Shown here: positions 1 to 11,174 of the stretch, piece by piece | Layout of the letters: each line of letters opens with the position of its first letter | Position numbering within the stretch: position 1 is the stretch's first letter | Source: Bacteroidota bacterium | GTDB lineage: Bacteria > Bacteroidota > Bacteroidia > CAILMK01 > JAAYUY01 | Reading direction: 5' to 3' | DNA: 64,000 nt | Assembly: GCA_018698135.1 (NCBI GenBank) | Contig: JABINZ010000010.1 | Coordinates: 18,641-82,640, forward strand | Notes under the pieces: generated by a model | Database searches by the model: none | What the model saw: only the letters and a program-made list of their open reading frames with translations | What the model was told of the DNA's origin: nothing | Program-made: the position numbers and the translations under genes

Positions 1-1275
1 ATTATCATAACGTTTTGTTGAAGGAAGTATTCCTTTTGCCTCATTAAACAAGTCGATGCCGAGCTTTTTCCCCATACCAAATTCCAACACATCTGTTTTC
101 CAGTTATCATAGCCTTCATAAATAGTAGCAAATTTGTTTAAGTCGATAACATTTCTGAAAACATGGCAATAATAGGCATTACACGATTGGGTTAATGATT
201 GCTGTAAATTTAATGGAGATGAGTGATTGTGGCATCCTATACGCAAATTGCCAATAATATAACCTCCGGGACATCCATAAGCAGTAGATGGTGAAATCAC
301 ACCTTCTTTCAAACCAATTAAGGCCATTGCTACTTTAAATGTTGAACCTGGCGGATACATGGCCGTAATTGCTCTATTGAATAATGGTTTATCAGGATCA
401 GATACCAAAGAATTGTAGTTTGCAGATCTTTCACGACCATACAACATGGAAGGATCATAGGCTGGACTGCTGACAATGGCCAATATTTCTCCAGTTTCAG
501 GTTCAATGGCCACTACACTTCCCTTCTTTCCTTTTAACAATAATTCTGCATAGAGTTGTAGTTCAAGATTTAAACTACTTATTAGATTCTTTCCAATCAC
601 AGCAGGACGATCTAATTCACCATTCAAATAACTGCCCTGTTCTGTATTGTATACATCCATCAAGACATATTTCTCGCCATATACACCTCTCAGATCTTTT
701 TCATAAACCTTTTCTAAACCACTTTTCCCAATGTTATGTCCTTGTTTGTAATAGTTTTCAGAGGCGTCAATATCTTCACGATTAACCTCACCGATATAAC
801 CTAAAACATGGGCAGCTGTATTATGTGGATATTTTCTAATCGACTGTGGTTGAACAAAAAAACCCTTGAATTCGTAAAATCGTTCCTGTAACACACCATA
901 AGTCTTTAGCGGAATATTGCTTATAAAAACAGTTGGTTTATGGTAAAATTGTTTTGCTTTTACTAGTCTTTCTTGGTAATCCTTTTTCGTAATTTCTAAT
1001 ATCCTGCACAATTCAGTTTCATCATCTAATTTAAGTTGGGCTGGTACTATCATTAAATCATAAATGGCTTCATTTGAAACTAGAATCTTACCATTTCTAT
1101 CATAAATTAAACCTCGCGGTGGCTTAATAATCTTACGTGAAAGAACATTATTCTCAGCAAACTGTTTATACTTTTCGGTAAATACTTGCAAAATGATCAA
1201 GCGTGAAAAAAATACAACACCTACAAAAACTATAAAAAAAATGATTACCCGATGTCTTGATTTATGTACGTTCAT
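1..1275 (-). CDS. mrdA: Penicillin-binding protein 2 (peptidoglycan D,D-transpeptidase MrdA). The N-terminal ~425 aa are in the window and the gene continues past the window start.
   Basis: Minus-strand translation reads MNVHKSRHRVIIFF... and contains the transpeptidase active-site motif PPGSTFK (SxxK). The start codon overlaps the mreD stop (ATGA), and the gene sits in the conserved mreBCD-mrdA arrangement. Confidence 0.85.
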   Translation of the reverse strand, partial: MNVHKSRHRVIIFFIVFVGVVFFSRLIILQVFTEKYKQFAENNVLSRKIIKPPRGLIYDRNGKILVSNEAIYDLMIVPAQLKLDDETELCRILEITKKDYQERLVKAKQFYHKPTVFISNIPLKTYGVLQERFYEFKGFFVQPQSIRKYPHNTAAHVLGYIGEVNREDIDASENYYKQGHNIGKSGLEKVYEKDLRGVYGEKYVLMDVYNTEQGSYLNGELDRPAVIGKNLISSLNLELQLYAELLLKGKKGSVVAIEPETGEILAIVSSPAYDPSMLYGRERSANYNSLVSDPDKPLFNRAITAMYPPGSTFKVAMALIGLKEGVISPSTAYGCPGGYIIGNLRIGCHNHSSPLNLQQSLTQSCNAYYCHVFRNVIDLNKFATIYEGYDNWKTDVLEFGMGKKLGIDLFNEAKGILPSTKRYDN

Positions 1276-1793
1276 TGTTCATCGCTTGATTTAAGAAAAA
1301 ACAGCAATTCATATATCAAAACAAAAACGATGGAGATGAGTATGGTGAGTAAAATTTTAAGCAAAGTAAATCCAAAATCCCTGAAACTAAAAATCTCTAA
1401 CATATACAAGGCAAGATGATGAATGGATATCATTGTTAATGAATAGATGATATACGGTCTTACACCAAACCCTCTGATATGAGGCTCGATAATGGCATCA
1501 GGATCAGAATCAGAAACAAATTGCCCAACAAGCAATGGTCGTAAAAATCCAACTAAAGTTGAAGCTGCAGCATGTATCCCATATGTATTTGAAAAAACAT
1601 CAATAACTAATCCCAGCAAAAAAGCCAGTATGATCAGTGATGTTTTGGGAATACTTACTGGTAGGAGCAATATGAAATAAATGTAAATGTATGGATGAAC
1701 AATTTCGAATAAGTGTATATTATTCAATACAAAAATCTGTAGAACAACCAGAAAAAGGAAATGAACAATATATATGATTATTTTTCTGATCAT
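1272..1793 (-). CDS. mreD: Rod shape-determining protein MreD
   Basis: 173-aa polytopic membrane protein immediately downstream of mreC and overlapping the mrdA start, in the syntenic position for mreD. Confidence 0.75.
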   Translation of the reverse strand: MIRKIIIYIVHFLFLVVLQIFVLNNIHLFEIVHPYIYIYFILLLPVSIPKTSLIILAFLLGLVIDVFSNTYGIHAAASTLVGFLRPLLVGQFVSDSDPDAIIEPHIRGFGVRPYIIYSLTMISIHHLALYMLEIFSFRDFGFTLLKILLTILISIVFVLIYELLFFLKSSDEQ

Positions 1794-2611
1794 TTTTCAA
1801 GATCCTCCAAGTCTTGTTGTTCTACTACATTTACTTTTTCCACAACATAAACCATTCGTAAATTCTTAATATTTGTATTCAGTTTTAGATAAATGTTATA
1901 AAAACTACCTCCACTTTCCAACTCATAGCTCAGCACTGTTCCTATGGGTGTGTTTTCAGGGAAAAAATTAGAATAGGGCCCTACAACTACTTTTTGACCA
2001 ACTTCAATAGCAATATGACTGGGAATATCTTTTAATACTAATCGATCAACAAATCTTCCATCCCAGGTAACTGAACCTATTTCTCCATTTTCAACTATTC
2101 GGGCATTTACTCTGAAATCACTCGATAAAACCGATATGGCTAAAGAATAATTAGGTGAAACATGCTTGATTATTCCTGCAATTCCCTCATCACTTACAAC
2201 CCCCATCCGCGTGTTTGCACCTTTATTTTCACCAATATCTATAGTTAGATAATTATTTCTATTGTCGATAGAATTATTAACAACATACGCAGGTACCAAA
2301 TTATAACTCAAATGCTTAATTGAGTCTTGATAAATGCTGTCCGATTTTACTTTTCTATAGGTTGTATAAAGCTCAGCTTTAATTCGGGCATTTTCAAGAA
2401 GCAAACTATCATTCATACTTTTCAGATGAAAATACTTTGTTGTTGATTCGACCTTTGAATAGGCGATACCATTAAGTTCCTGAAGAGAATTAAAAAAAAC
2501 TGATTTATGATACTGCAGATTGGATATAATCAGAGATAAGGCTATTGCTTCAAGCAATATAAATAGTAATGGATATTGAAATCGTTTTAGAAAAAGGAAT
2601 AATCTAAGCAT
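1790..2611 (-). CDS. mreC: Rod shape-determining protein MreC
   Basis: 273 aa with an N-terminal TM/coiled region and a beta-rich C-terminal part; lies between mreB and mreD with 4-bp overlaps. Confidence 0.85.
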   Translation of the reverse strand: MLRLFLFLKRFQYPLLFILLEAIALSLIISNLQYHKSVFFNSLQELNGIAYSKVESTTKYFHLKSMNDSLLLENARIKAELYTTYRKVKSDSIYQDSIKHLSYNLVPAYVVNNSIDNRNNYLTIDIGENKGANTRMGVVSDEGIAGIIKHVSPNYSLAISVLSSDFRVNARIVENGEIGSVTWDGRFVDRLVLKDIPSHIAIEVGQKVVVGPYSNFFPENTPIGTVLSYELESGGSFYNIYLKLNTNIKNLRMVYVVEKVNVVEQQDLEDLEK

Positions 2612-2657
2612 TTAAAATAATGGTATTGCTGCGTAAGTTTTAAATTCAATTCCAAAA

Positions 2658-3689
2658 TTAAGAAATAAGAAACTTAAACTTATTTATATTTTTCAACGCA
2701 ATACCGGTGCCTCTTGCTACAGCCCTAAGAGGATCTTCTGCAACATGAACAGGGAGTTTATTCTTTTCTGATATTCGCTTTGCCAAGCCTCGTAATAGAG
2801 CACCACCACCAGTTAAATATAAACCTGTTTGATAAATATCACCTGATAATTCAGGTGGTGTCATTTCCAAAACTCTGAGTATGGCTTCTTCCACTTTTGT
2901 GATTGATTTATCGAGTGTTTGCGCTATCTCGCTGTAACCAATAGAAACCTGCTTTGGAATTCCTGTCATCAAGTCACGACCATTGACTAAATAGTTTTCT
3001 GGCGGATTATCTAACTCAGTTAAGGCTGCACCAACTTCAATTTTAATTCTTTCAGCGGAGCGTTCACCAATCAACACATTGTGTTCGCGTCTCATATATT
3101 CAATGATGTCTGAATTAAACTCATCACCAGCAATACGAATAGATTGGTCACAAACAATTCCTCCCAAAGCAATCACGGCAATTTCAGTAGTACCACCTCC
3201 AATATCAATAATCATATTGCCAATTGGCTCTTCCACATCTATTCCAATTCCTATGGCTGCAGCCATGGGCTCATGAATAAGCTTAACCTCTTTACAACCA
3301 GCTTTTTCTGCAGAATCTTTAACTGCTCTTTTTTCCACTTCTGTTATTCCAGATGGGATGCAAATAACCATTCTTAAGTGTGGAGAAAACAACGTACGCT
3401 TGCGTTTTACCATAAGGATTAATCCTCTAAGCATTTGCTCAGCAGCATGAAAATCGGCAATTACTCCATCTTTTAGCGGACGAATTGTCTTTACATTTTC
3501 GTGTGTTTTTCCATGCATTTGCATGGCTTGAGTTCCTATGGCAATTACTTTTTTCGTTTGATTATCTATGGCAATAATCGAAGGCTCTTCAACAGCTATT
3601 TCATCATTGTAAATAATGATGGTGTTTGCAGTACCAAGGTCAATGGCTAAATCTTGGACAAATAAGTTCATTACTCCCATAAAAATCAA
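2658..3689 (-). CDS. mreB: Rod shape-determining protein MreB (actin homologue)
   Basis: Actin/Hsp70-fold ATPase motifs (DLGTANT, GGGTTEIAVIALGG) and full-length similarity to MreB. The true start is probably the internal Met of MGVMNLF. Confidence 0.95.
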   Translation of the reverse strand: MIFMGVMNLFVQDLAIDLGTANTIIIYNDEIAVEEPSIIAIDNQTKKVIAIGTQAMQMHGKTHENVKTIRPLKDGVIADFHAAEQMLRGLILMVKRKRTLFSPHLRMVICIPSGITEVEKRAVKDSAEKAGCKEVKLIHEPMAAAIGIGIDVEEPIGNMIIDIGGGTTEIAVIALGGIVCDQSIRIAGDEFNSDIIEYMRREHNVLIGERSAERIKIEVGAALTELDNPPENYLVNGRDLMTGIPKQVSIGYSEIAQTLDKSITKVEEAILRVLEMTPPELSGDIYQTGLYLTGGGALLRGLAKRISEKNKLPVHVAEDPLRAVARGTGIALKNINKFKFLIS

Positions 3690-5200
3690 TGTTTAAAATG
3701 TCTTATACCTGTAAATACCATGGCCAATCCATGTTCATTACAATAATCGATGGAGTCTTGATCGCGAACCGATCCTCCGGGTTGAATAACAGCTGTTATA
3801 CCTGCTTCATGAGCAGTTTGCACAGAATCTGAAAATGGGAAAAAAGCATCAGAGGCCAACACGGCTCCTTCAAGATTAAAACCATATCTCATTGCTTTTT
3901 CAATTGCCTGCTTCAATCCATCAATACGAGATGGTTGTCCCATGCCTGCCCCAATTAATTGTTTGTTTTTAACGATTGCCAGCGCATTCGATTTCAAATG
4001 CTTGACAATTTTATTTGCGAATAATAAATCTTCAACTTGCTCTTTTGTTGGCTTAACATTAGTTGCAGTCTTTAATTCTTCCGCTTTTTCGATATGATCA
4101 TCTCTATCCTGTGTCAATAACCCAAACAAAGATGTTTTAATTTCTTCTTTTGGAAAATCACAACTATTCAATTGCAGGATAATTCTGTTTTTCTTCGACT
4201 TGAGTAAATCTAAAGCATCTGCTTGATAACCTGGCGCTAAGACAACTTCAAAGAAAATTTTATTCATTTCTTCTGCTACCTCCTTGGTAATAATTCCCTT
4301 GGTAACAATAATGCCCCCAAAAGCAGATACCGAGTCACCAGCAAGTGCATCCTTCCAGGCATCCACCAAATTGCTCCGACTAGCTAATCCACAAGGATTC
4401 AGATGTTTGAAAATAGCAATAGTTTTATCGTCAAAATCATTGATCAAGCGCATCGCACTATCGATGTCTAATAAGTTATTATAGGATAATTGCTTGCCAT
4501 GGTGCTGAAAAATTGCATCTTCCAAATCGCCATAAAAGTGTGCAGTTTGATGTGGATTTTCTCCATATCTCAATTTATTAGCACTTCCAAAACTTTTCTT
4601 TAACGACTCATTCGTATCATTTGAGAAATAATTAAAGATGTCGGTATCGTATCCCGAACTCACACTAAATGCCTGACTGGCCAATAATTTCCTGTCATCT
4701 AAATCTGAATACCCTTTCTTTTTCGACAGAATATCCAATATAAATGAATACTGCTCTTTTGAAGGAACAATCAATACATCATTGAAATTCTTTGCAGCAG
4801 CTCGGATCAAGGAAATGCCACCAATATCAATTTTTTCAATTACGTCCTTTTCAGCTGCACCTGATTGAACTGTTTCCGAAAAGGGATATAAATCAACAAT
4901 CACTAAATCAATGGTGTCAATTCCATACGATTCTCTTTCCTTCTGATCATTTCCATCCTCTTTTCTGGATAATATTCCTCCAAAAATCACAGGATGCAAT
5001 GTTTTAACTCGACCTCCAAAAATGGATGGATAGTTCGTTAAATCCTCTACCTGAATTGCATCAAAGCCTTTATCTGTTATATATTTGAAAGTACCTCCTG
5101 TCGATATTATTTTGACATTCAACTTCTTAAGCTCTTCCAATATGGGTAATAATCCATCTTTATTGAAAACGCTGATAAGTGCAGTTTTGATTAATTTCAC
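3686..5200 (-). CDS. purH: Bifunctional AICAR formyltransferase / IMP cyclohydrolase PurH
   Basis: 504 aa with an MGS-like N-terminal domain (ISTGGT) and an AICARFT domain; canonical PurH length and motifs. Confidence 0.95.
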   Translation of the reverse strand: MKLIKTALISVFNKDGLLPILEELKKLNVKIISTGGTFKYITDKGFDAIQVEDLTNYPSIFGGRVKTLHPVIFGGILSRKEDGNDQKERESYGIDTIDLVIVDLYPFSETVQSGAAEKDVIEKIDIGGISLIRAAAKNFNDVLIVPSKEQYSFILDILSKKKGYSDLDDRKLLASQAFSVSSGYDTDIFNYFSNDTNESLKKSFGSANKLRYGENPHQTAHFYGDLEDAIFQHHGKQLSYNNLLDIDSAMRLINDFDDKTIAIFKHLNPCGLASRSNLVDAWKDALAGDSVSAFGGIIVTKGIITKEVAEEMNKIFFEVVLAPGYQADALDLLKSKKNRIILQLNSCDFPKEEIKTSLFGLLTQDRDDHIEKAEELKTATNVKPTKEQVEDLLFANKIVKHLKSNALAIVKNKQLIGAGMGQPSRIDGLKQAIEKAMRYGFNLEGAVLASDAFFPFSDSVQTAHEAGITAVIQPGGSVRDQDSIDYCNEHGLAMVFTGIRHFKH

Positions 5201-5482
5201 GAGTTGATGTTATTTTCATTGTTATTCAGAGGAGCAAAGGTATTAAAAAATACAAGGTAATTAACTGATATATTATTAATTAAACATGCTTTTTAGCAGT
5301 ATGAAAGCATCATTTTAGTCAGACCTAAAAAGCAAAATTCATTGAAAATAAAAATATCAATTTCGCGCTGTTTTTTCAATGAATATAACATTTTTAAATA
5401 TTAAGGAAATGATTATATCAACTTTTACGTAAATTTACATGTTAAAATTAAATAAGATAATATATCGAAAAAAAAATTACAC

Positions 5483-8400
5483 ATGTTGCTGATTAAAAAA
5501 TTTGTGTTTTTGAGTGTTCTCAGTCTATTAGTATGCACTTTAGCAGCACAAAAGCACACAAACCAATGGTATTTTGGATACCAGGCATCCTTAAATTTTA
5601 ATAGCGGTACTCCCCAACCTCAAACCAATAGTGCTATGAATGCATGGGGAGGTTGTTCCAGTATAGCCGATTCGAATGGAGAATTATTGTTTTACACCAA
5701 TGGCTCTACTGTTTATGATCATTCGCATAATGTGATGTTAAACGGAAATGGCTTAATGGGTACATCTACCTATTATAATTATGGACAATCAGTCATTATT
5801 GTTCCCCGACCCGGAAACCCTAATGTTTATTATATTTTTTCTATTAGTCGCAATAATTCTAATTACAATGATGCAATAAGATATTCAACTATAAATACCA
5901 CACTGAACAGTGGAAAAGGAAGCGTTATTTATAGAAACTCATTATTGTTGGAAAAAACATTGGATGCTAAAATAACGGCAACTCAACATGCAAATGGTAT
6001 TGATTATTGGGTCATAGTACATGAAACAAATTCAAATAAATTTTATTCTTTCTTGGTTTCCAGTGCAGGGGTTAATTCATCTCCAATAACTTCATTTACA
6101 GGACGATCAGTTTTTTTTCCATACAACTACAATTGGTGGAACGGGAATTTAAAAGCTTCACCTGATGGAACAAAAATAGCATCAACTTATCATCATTATT
6201 ACATGTATAGTAGTGATTCTACAGCTTGTGAATTGTATGATTTCAATAATTCAACCGGAAAATTATCCAATGCAAAAGAACTCTATCTCGACAATTTCAA
6301 CTATTATTGGTACACAAGCTCTGCAGCTATTGAATTTTCACCCGATGGATCAAAAATTTATTTAACAGATCATCCTAGTTATTGGGTTGCCTATCAATTT
6401 GATATTTACCAATTTGAAGTGAATGCAGGAACAGCGCAAGACATTAACAATACGAAAGAAAAGGTTGCAACTTCTTACAAAGGCAATTATTGGTATTGGT
6501 ATTCTGGAGCCATGCAGCTGGCATCGGATGGAAAAATATACATCAACAGATATAACAGCTCCTATGTGGCTGCTATAAATGCACCCAATCAAAAAGGCAT
6601 CGGATGCTGTTTTGAAGATTCTGCAGTGGGACTTGCAGGCAAAAATTCTTACAATGGTTTACCTCTATTTGTAACTTCTTGGCTCTACAAACGAGTTTTT
6701 GAATTTGACGATGTATGTGTCAATGATTCAGCTCATTTTACCATAGTGAATGAGAGTTGTCTTGATTCAGTTTATTGGAATTTTGATGATCCTAATTCAG
6801 GTGTTGATAGTATTTCAACTGATTTTGCACCAGCTCATTTGTTTAGTAGTTCAGGTATTTATGATGTTAGTCTGACTACCTATAGAATGGGCACTGAGAA
6901 CACAACACCTTATGAAATAAATGTCTTTGATAATCCAGAAGTGAGTTTATTTGTGGACGACACAACACAATGTTATACTGATAATCATTTTGTTTTCTCA
7001 GACAGTTCAACAATTGCCTCTGGCACAATCATCAATAAATATTGGGATTTTGGAGATGGTGTCAGTTTTAATGAATTGATTTCCGATACCAACCATAGTT
7101 ATGCCTTCACTGATACATTTGATGTGAAATTAGTGGCAACAAGCAATAAGGGTTGTAAAGATTCGATGATACAAGCGGTATTTGTCAATCCTGAACCCAA
7201 TCCTGGTTTTAGCATTGACGACTCAGTGCATTGTTTGCATGGGAATATGTTTGAATTCACGAACACAAGCACTATTGCCTATGGAAATTTATTTTACAAC
7301 TGGACATATGGAGATACTGGAAGTTCTCAGTTAATTGACACCAGTTATCGATATTATAGTCATGATACATTTTTGGTTACACTGATTGTTAATTCAGAAA
7401 TGAATTGTGCCGATACTTTCTCAAAATACACTTATGTGCATCCGTCTCCGGTTGCTTTTTTCTATGCAAACGATAGCTCACAATGTTTAGCTCAAAATGA
7501 GTTTATTTTTGATGATAGTTCAACTATTTACAACGATACACTAACCTATTTTTGGGATTTTGATGATGGCACCTTTGCTAATAAAGCCGACACATCTCAT
7601 ATTTATATTCAAGATGGGAGTTTTGATGTAAAACTGGTCGTTGGATCAAGCTTGGGTTGTGCTGATTCTATGATACAAAAAATGCACGTTAGGCCTGATC
7701 CTCAACCTGATTTTGTTATCAATGATTCTGCTCAATGTTATCTAGGGAATTTGTTTGCTTTTAGCAATACCTCAAGTATCAATACAGGAAGTATGACTTA
7801 TTATTGGGACTTTGGTGATAATAGCACTTCCACACAAAAAGATCCTTCACATTATTATTCCACACATGACACATTTACTGTAAAGTTGATTTGTATTTCT
7901 GATTATGGATGCAGCGATTCCATTTCAAAAACAATAATTGTGCATCCCATGCCAATTAGTAACTTTAGTATCAATGACAGCATTCAATGCCTGAATGAAA
8001 ATAATTTCAACTTTAGCAATAATTCATCTATTAGCTCGGGCTCACTAAACTTTTATTGGTCTTTAGGAAATGGATATACGACCACAACTACATCTATTAG
8101 TAATTATAGCTATTTGGCTGAAAACAGCTATACAGTTCAATTAATTGCTACTTCAGCAAACAACTGTGTGGATACTATAGAAAAACACCTTGATGTTTAT
8201 CCCTCTCCAAAATCAGCCTATAGCATCGACAATAATAAGCAATGTGAACGTTGGAATCGTTTTAATTTCACCAATCAATCCAGCATCAACTCTGGAAGTA
8301 ATTCCTACATTTGGGATTTTGGCGATCTTACAAATTCATTTGTCATAAATCCAACTAAAGTATATAGCACTGACGACACTTTTTCGATTATGCTTCTGGC

Positions 8401-11053
8401 TATTTCCAATCTGGGATGTCGAGATTCTGTTTACCAATCAGCAGTAGTTTTTCCAAATCCAATTGCCAAATTTCAAATTAATGATAGCACACAGTGCTTT
8501 GATGGAAACAACTTCATTTTCTACAACAATTCGAACATCAATTCAGGAAGTATGACCTACTTTTGGGATTTTGGCGATAGTATTACATCTACCTTGACAA
8601 CTCCAAGTCATACTTACTTAACAGCAGATACATTCAATGTAGTATTAGTGGCCAATTCAGATCAGAACTGTTTTGATACCATCAGCAAACAAACACTGAT
8701 TCATGTTCATCCAATGCCGGAAGCATCTTTTAATGTTGCTGACAGCATGCAATGTTTGAGTGGGAATAATTTCATATTTACCAATTCATCTACGCTCAGT
8801 AGTGGTATTTTAAGTTATATGTGGTTATTTGATGATAACGATAGCTCAATGATCGAAAATCCAATCCATTCTTATGCAGCTCATGATAGTTTCTTTGTTA
8901 AAATGTATGCTATAAGCGATTGGGATTGCAGGGATTCTGCTTATCAAATGGTCATTACACATCCTCAACCAGAAGTTAATTTCAATACTAATGATAGCTC
9001 ACAGTGTTTAAGCGGCAACTTATTTACATTCAATGATCAATCTACAATTGCTTCAGGAAGCTTGACCTCGCTGAATTTTTACGCTTCGAATGGAATTTCT
9101 CATAGTGGAAGCTCATTTAGTCAATCCTTCAAAATAGCCGACACATTCCAAATTAAACTTCTTGCCACTTCATCCTTAGGATGTATTGATTCCATCATAA
9201 AAGAAGTTTACGTGAGACCAATGCCTATTACTGACTTTTCCATCAATGATAGTTCTCAATGCCTTACAGGAAACCTGCTTGATTTTAAGGATTTAACTAG
9301 CATTTCATCAGGAAGCATTACCAATTGGTATTGGGAAACAGGCGATACACACACATATTCGATTCAAAACCCTAGTCATTCATACACTTACTACGACACA
9401 TTTAGTGCATTTTTAAAAGCAACATCAGGGTTTAATTGTAGCGATTCCTCAATTGAAATAGTTTATATTCATCCTATGCCCGTTGCCAAATTTGGCGTTT
9501 TGGATGAGGCTCAATGTTTAAATGAAAATCAATTTGAGTTTATTGATAGTTCTGAGCTCGTGTACGGTTCAATTGATAAATATACTTGGTATACTGGTGA
9601 TAGCAATCTATTTAGCAGTCAGGATTTGAGCCATACGTATAGCTATCACGACACTTTCGAAGTCTGGCATTATATTGAAACCGCCTTTGGATGTATGGAT
9701 TCTATTTCTTCATTTGTTTATGTACATCCAGTTCCAGAAGCTTTATTTGCTGTTAATGATAGTCTTCAGTGTTTGGATGGAAATACATTTGAAATAATAA
9801 ACCAAAGCCAAATTGATTGGGGTCAATCCACTTATTTCTGGACATTTGGAGATAATGAAACGGACACCCTATTTGAACCAGTTCATACTTATCTGGATCA
9901 CAGTAGTTATATCATTAAACTTTTAGTTACTTCTTCCTTGAATTGTAAAGATTCATCTGCTTATCCTATTGTTGTGCATCCAATGCCTGTTGCCGATTTC
10001 CATTTCTCACAAATTTGTCTTGAACAAAATACTTTTTTCACGGATACATCAAGGATAGAAAATCCAGATGTGCTTAGTCAATGGGCTTGGGATTTTGGAA
10101 CAGGCGACAATTCAAGTAGTCAACATCCAACTTATATGTTCACTACATCCGGAACAAAAAGTGTTACACTATTAATTACAACAGACAAAGGCTGTGTTGA
10201 TGACACCAGCAGAAATGTTATCGTTGAAGAACATGTCAACAATAACTATGTTATACGTGCTACAGTAACAGAAGATGAAACTATTTTAGTTGAATGGACG
10301 CAAGTATCAGTTGGAGTTCCCATGAGCTATATTTTGCAGCGATCAATTGATGGAGTAAATTTCAGCAATCTAATTACGGTTGATAATCAAACTTTCAGTT
10401 ATGAAGATGATCAGGTTGATGTTCATCAACTCAACTATTTCTATCGAATCATTGTTGAAGACAGTTGTCATTATCAAAGTGCATATTCCAATTATGGACG
10501 AAACATATTATTAACTGTTAACGATGATGAAGAGTTCCCCATTCTCACTTGGAATGCATATGAACAATGGCCTATGGGCGTATCAGAATATGTTGCAGAA
10601 ATATATGATGATCCCAGCCTTGAATTTGAAGAGCTTGGTCGGGTATCAGAACCGAATCTTGAATTTGAGGATAGCGAAACAGAGAAAGATCAGGAAAATT
10701 ATTGTTATCGTATTACCGCACATAGTGCCTCGAATATTGATCTAATCAGCCAATCGAATATTGTATGTATTCCCACAACACTTTATGCTTTTATGCCTAA
10801 TGCGTTTAGCCCAAATGGAGATGGAGTAAATGATGTTTTTAAAGTGAAAGCCAAAAATGTGATGGAATACCAAATCAGTATTTTCGATCGATGGGGTGAG
10901 CTTGTTTTCACATCCGATGATTTCCATAAATCATGGAATGGTGAATTCAAAGGACAATTATGTCCTATTGGCACCTATGTGTTTATCATGCAAGCAAATG
11001 GCAGCAACGGACAGAATAAGAGCGTGAAAGGCACATTGCAATTGATACGATAA
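5483..11053 (+). CDS. Giant secreted adhesin-like protein (1856 aa). Signal peptide, about 17 tandem PKD-like repeats, an FN3-like region and a gliding-motility-associated (T9SS type B / CHU_C) C-terminal sorting domain.
   Basis: Each ~85-aa unit has the repeated motif NDSxQCL..N.F.F.N.S.I.SGS..Y.WDFGD....H.Y...DTF.VKL.A.S..GC.DS. The C-terminus NAFSPNGDGVNDVF...IFDRWGELVF...GTLQLIR matches TIGR04131-type T9SS type B domains. Confidence 0.85.
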   Translation: MLLIKKFVFLSVLSLLVCTLAAQKHTNQWYFGYQASLNFNSGTPQPQTNSAMNAWGGCSSIADSNGELLFYTNGSTVYDHSHNVMLNGNGLMGTSTYYNYGQSVIIVPRPGNPNVYYIFSISRNNSNYNDAIRYSTINTTLNSGKGSVIYRNSLLLEKTLDAKITATQHANGIDYWVIVHETNSNKFYSFLVSSAGVNSSPITSFTGRSVFFPYNYNWWNGNLKASPDGTKIASTYHHYYMYSSDSTACELYDFNNSTGKLSNAKELYLDNFNYYWYTSSAAIEFSPDGSKIYLTDHPSYWVAYQFDIYQFEVNAGTAQDINNTKEKVATSYKGNYWYWYSGAMQLASDGKIYINRYNSSYVAAINAPNQKGIGCCFEDSAVGLAGKNSYNGLPLFVTSWLYKRVFEFDDVCVNDSAHFTIVNESCLDSVYWNFDDPNSGVDSISTDFAPAHLFSSSGIYDVSLTTYRMGTENTTPYEINVFDNPEVSLFVDDTTQCYTDNHFVFSDSSTIASGTIINKYWDFGDGVSFNELISDTNHSYAFTDTFDVKLVATSNKGCKDSMIQAVFVNPEPNPGFSIDDSVHCLHGNMFEFTNTSTIAYGNLFYNWTYGDTGSSQLIDTSYRYYSHDTFLVTLIVNSEMNCADTFSKYTYVHPSPVAFFYANDSSQCLAQNEFIFDDSSTIYNDTLTYFWDFDDGTFANKADTSHIYIQDGSFDVKLVVGSSLGCADSMIQKMHVRPDPQPDFVINDSAQCYLGNLFAFSNTSSINTGSMTYYWDFGDNSTSTQKDPSHYYSTHDTFTVKLICISDYGCSDSISKTIIVHPMPISNFSINDSIQCLNENNFNFSNNSSISSGSLNFYWSLGNGYTTTTTSISNYSYLAENSYTVQLIATSANNCVDTIEKHLDVYPSPKSAYSIDNNKQCERWNRFNFTNQSSINSGSNSYIWDFGDLTNSFVINPTKVYSTDDTFSIMLLAISNLGCRDSVYQSAVVFPNPIAKFQINDSTQCFDGNNFIFYNNSNINSGSMTYFWDFGDSITSTLTTPSHTYLTADTFNVVLVANSDQNCFDTISKQTLIHVHPMPEASFNVADSMQCLSGNNFIFTNSSTLSSGILSYMWLFDDNDSSMIENPIHSYAAHDSFFVKMYAISDWDCRDSAYQMVITHPQPEVNFNTNDSSQCLSGNLFTFNDQSTIASGSLTSLNFYASNGISHSGSSFSQSFKIADTFQIKLLATSSLGCIDSIIKEVYVRPMPITDFSINDSSQCLTGNLLDFKDLTSISSGSITNWYWETGDTHTYSIQNPSHSYTYYDTFSAFLKATSGFNCSDSSIEIVYIHPMPVAKFGVLDEAQCLNENQFEFIDSSELVYGSIDKYTWYTGDSNLFSSQDLSHTYSYHDTFEVWHYIETAFGCMDSISSFVYVHPVPEALFAVNDSLQCLDGNTFEIINQSQIDWGQSTYFWTFGDNETDTLFEPVHTYLDHSSYIIKLLVTSSLNCKDSSAYPIVVHPMPVADFHFSQICLEQNTFFTDTSRIENPDVLSQWAWDFGTGDNSSSQHPTYMFTTSGTKSVTLLITTDKGCVDDTSRNVIVEEHVNNNYVIRATVTEDETILVEWTQVSVGVPMSYILQRSIDGVNFSNLITVDNQTFSYEDDQVDVHQLNYFYRIIVEDSCHYQSAYSNYGRNILLTVNDDEEFPILTWNAYEQWPMGVSEYVAEIYDDPSLEFEELGRVSEPNLEFEDSETEKDQENYCYRITAHSASNIDLISQSNIVCIPTTLYAFMPNAFSPNGDGVNDVFKVKAKNVMEYQISIFDRWGELVFTSDDFHKSWNGEFKGQLCPIGTYVFIMQANGSNGQNKSVKGTLQLIR

Positions 11054-11174
11054 ATGCGATTCAGATGATCTCTTCTAATTTTAAAAAGATAAATGATAAT
11101 TTTCAAAGTTCAAATGGAAATTTGGGCTATAGTGGGACTTTCTATAGTATATGGATGCAAAGAAATGGCATGTT

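Noticed and set aside
1492-5007. Several 60-77-aa plus-strand ORFs inside the mreD, mreB and purH coding regions
   Set aside because: They are antisense to strongly supported conserved genes and show no coding features, so they are treated as spurious.
5483-11053. Possibility that the regular ~250-bp periodicity of the PKD arrays represents a CRISPR array or satellite
   Set aside because: The periodic units are in-frame protein-coding repeats of ~85 aa with only moderate DNA identity. There are no short identical direct repeats with unique spacers and no cas genes.
11054-11174. Terminator hairpin in the convergent gap between the first giant adhesin gene and the RM gene
   Set aside because: Only 4-bp inverted repeats (ATCT/AGAT) were found by eye, with no convincing stem-loop plus T-run.
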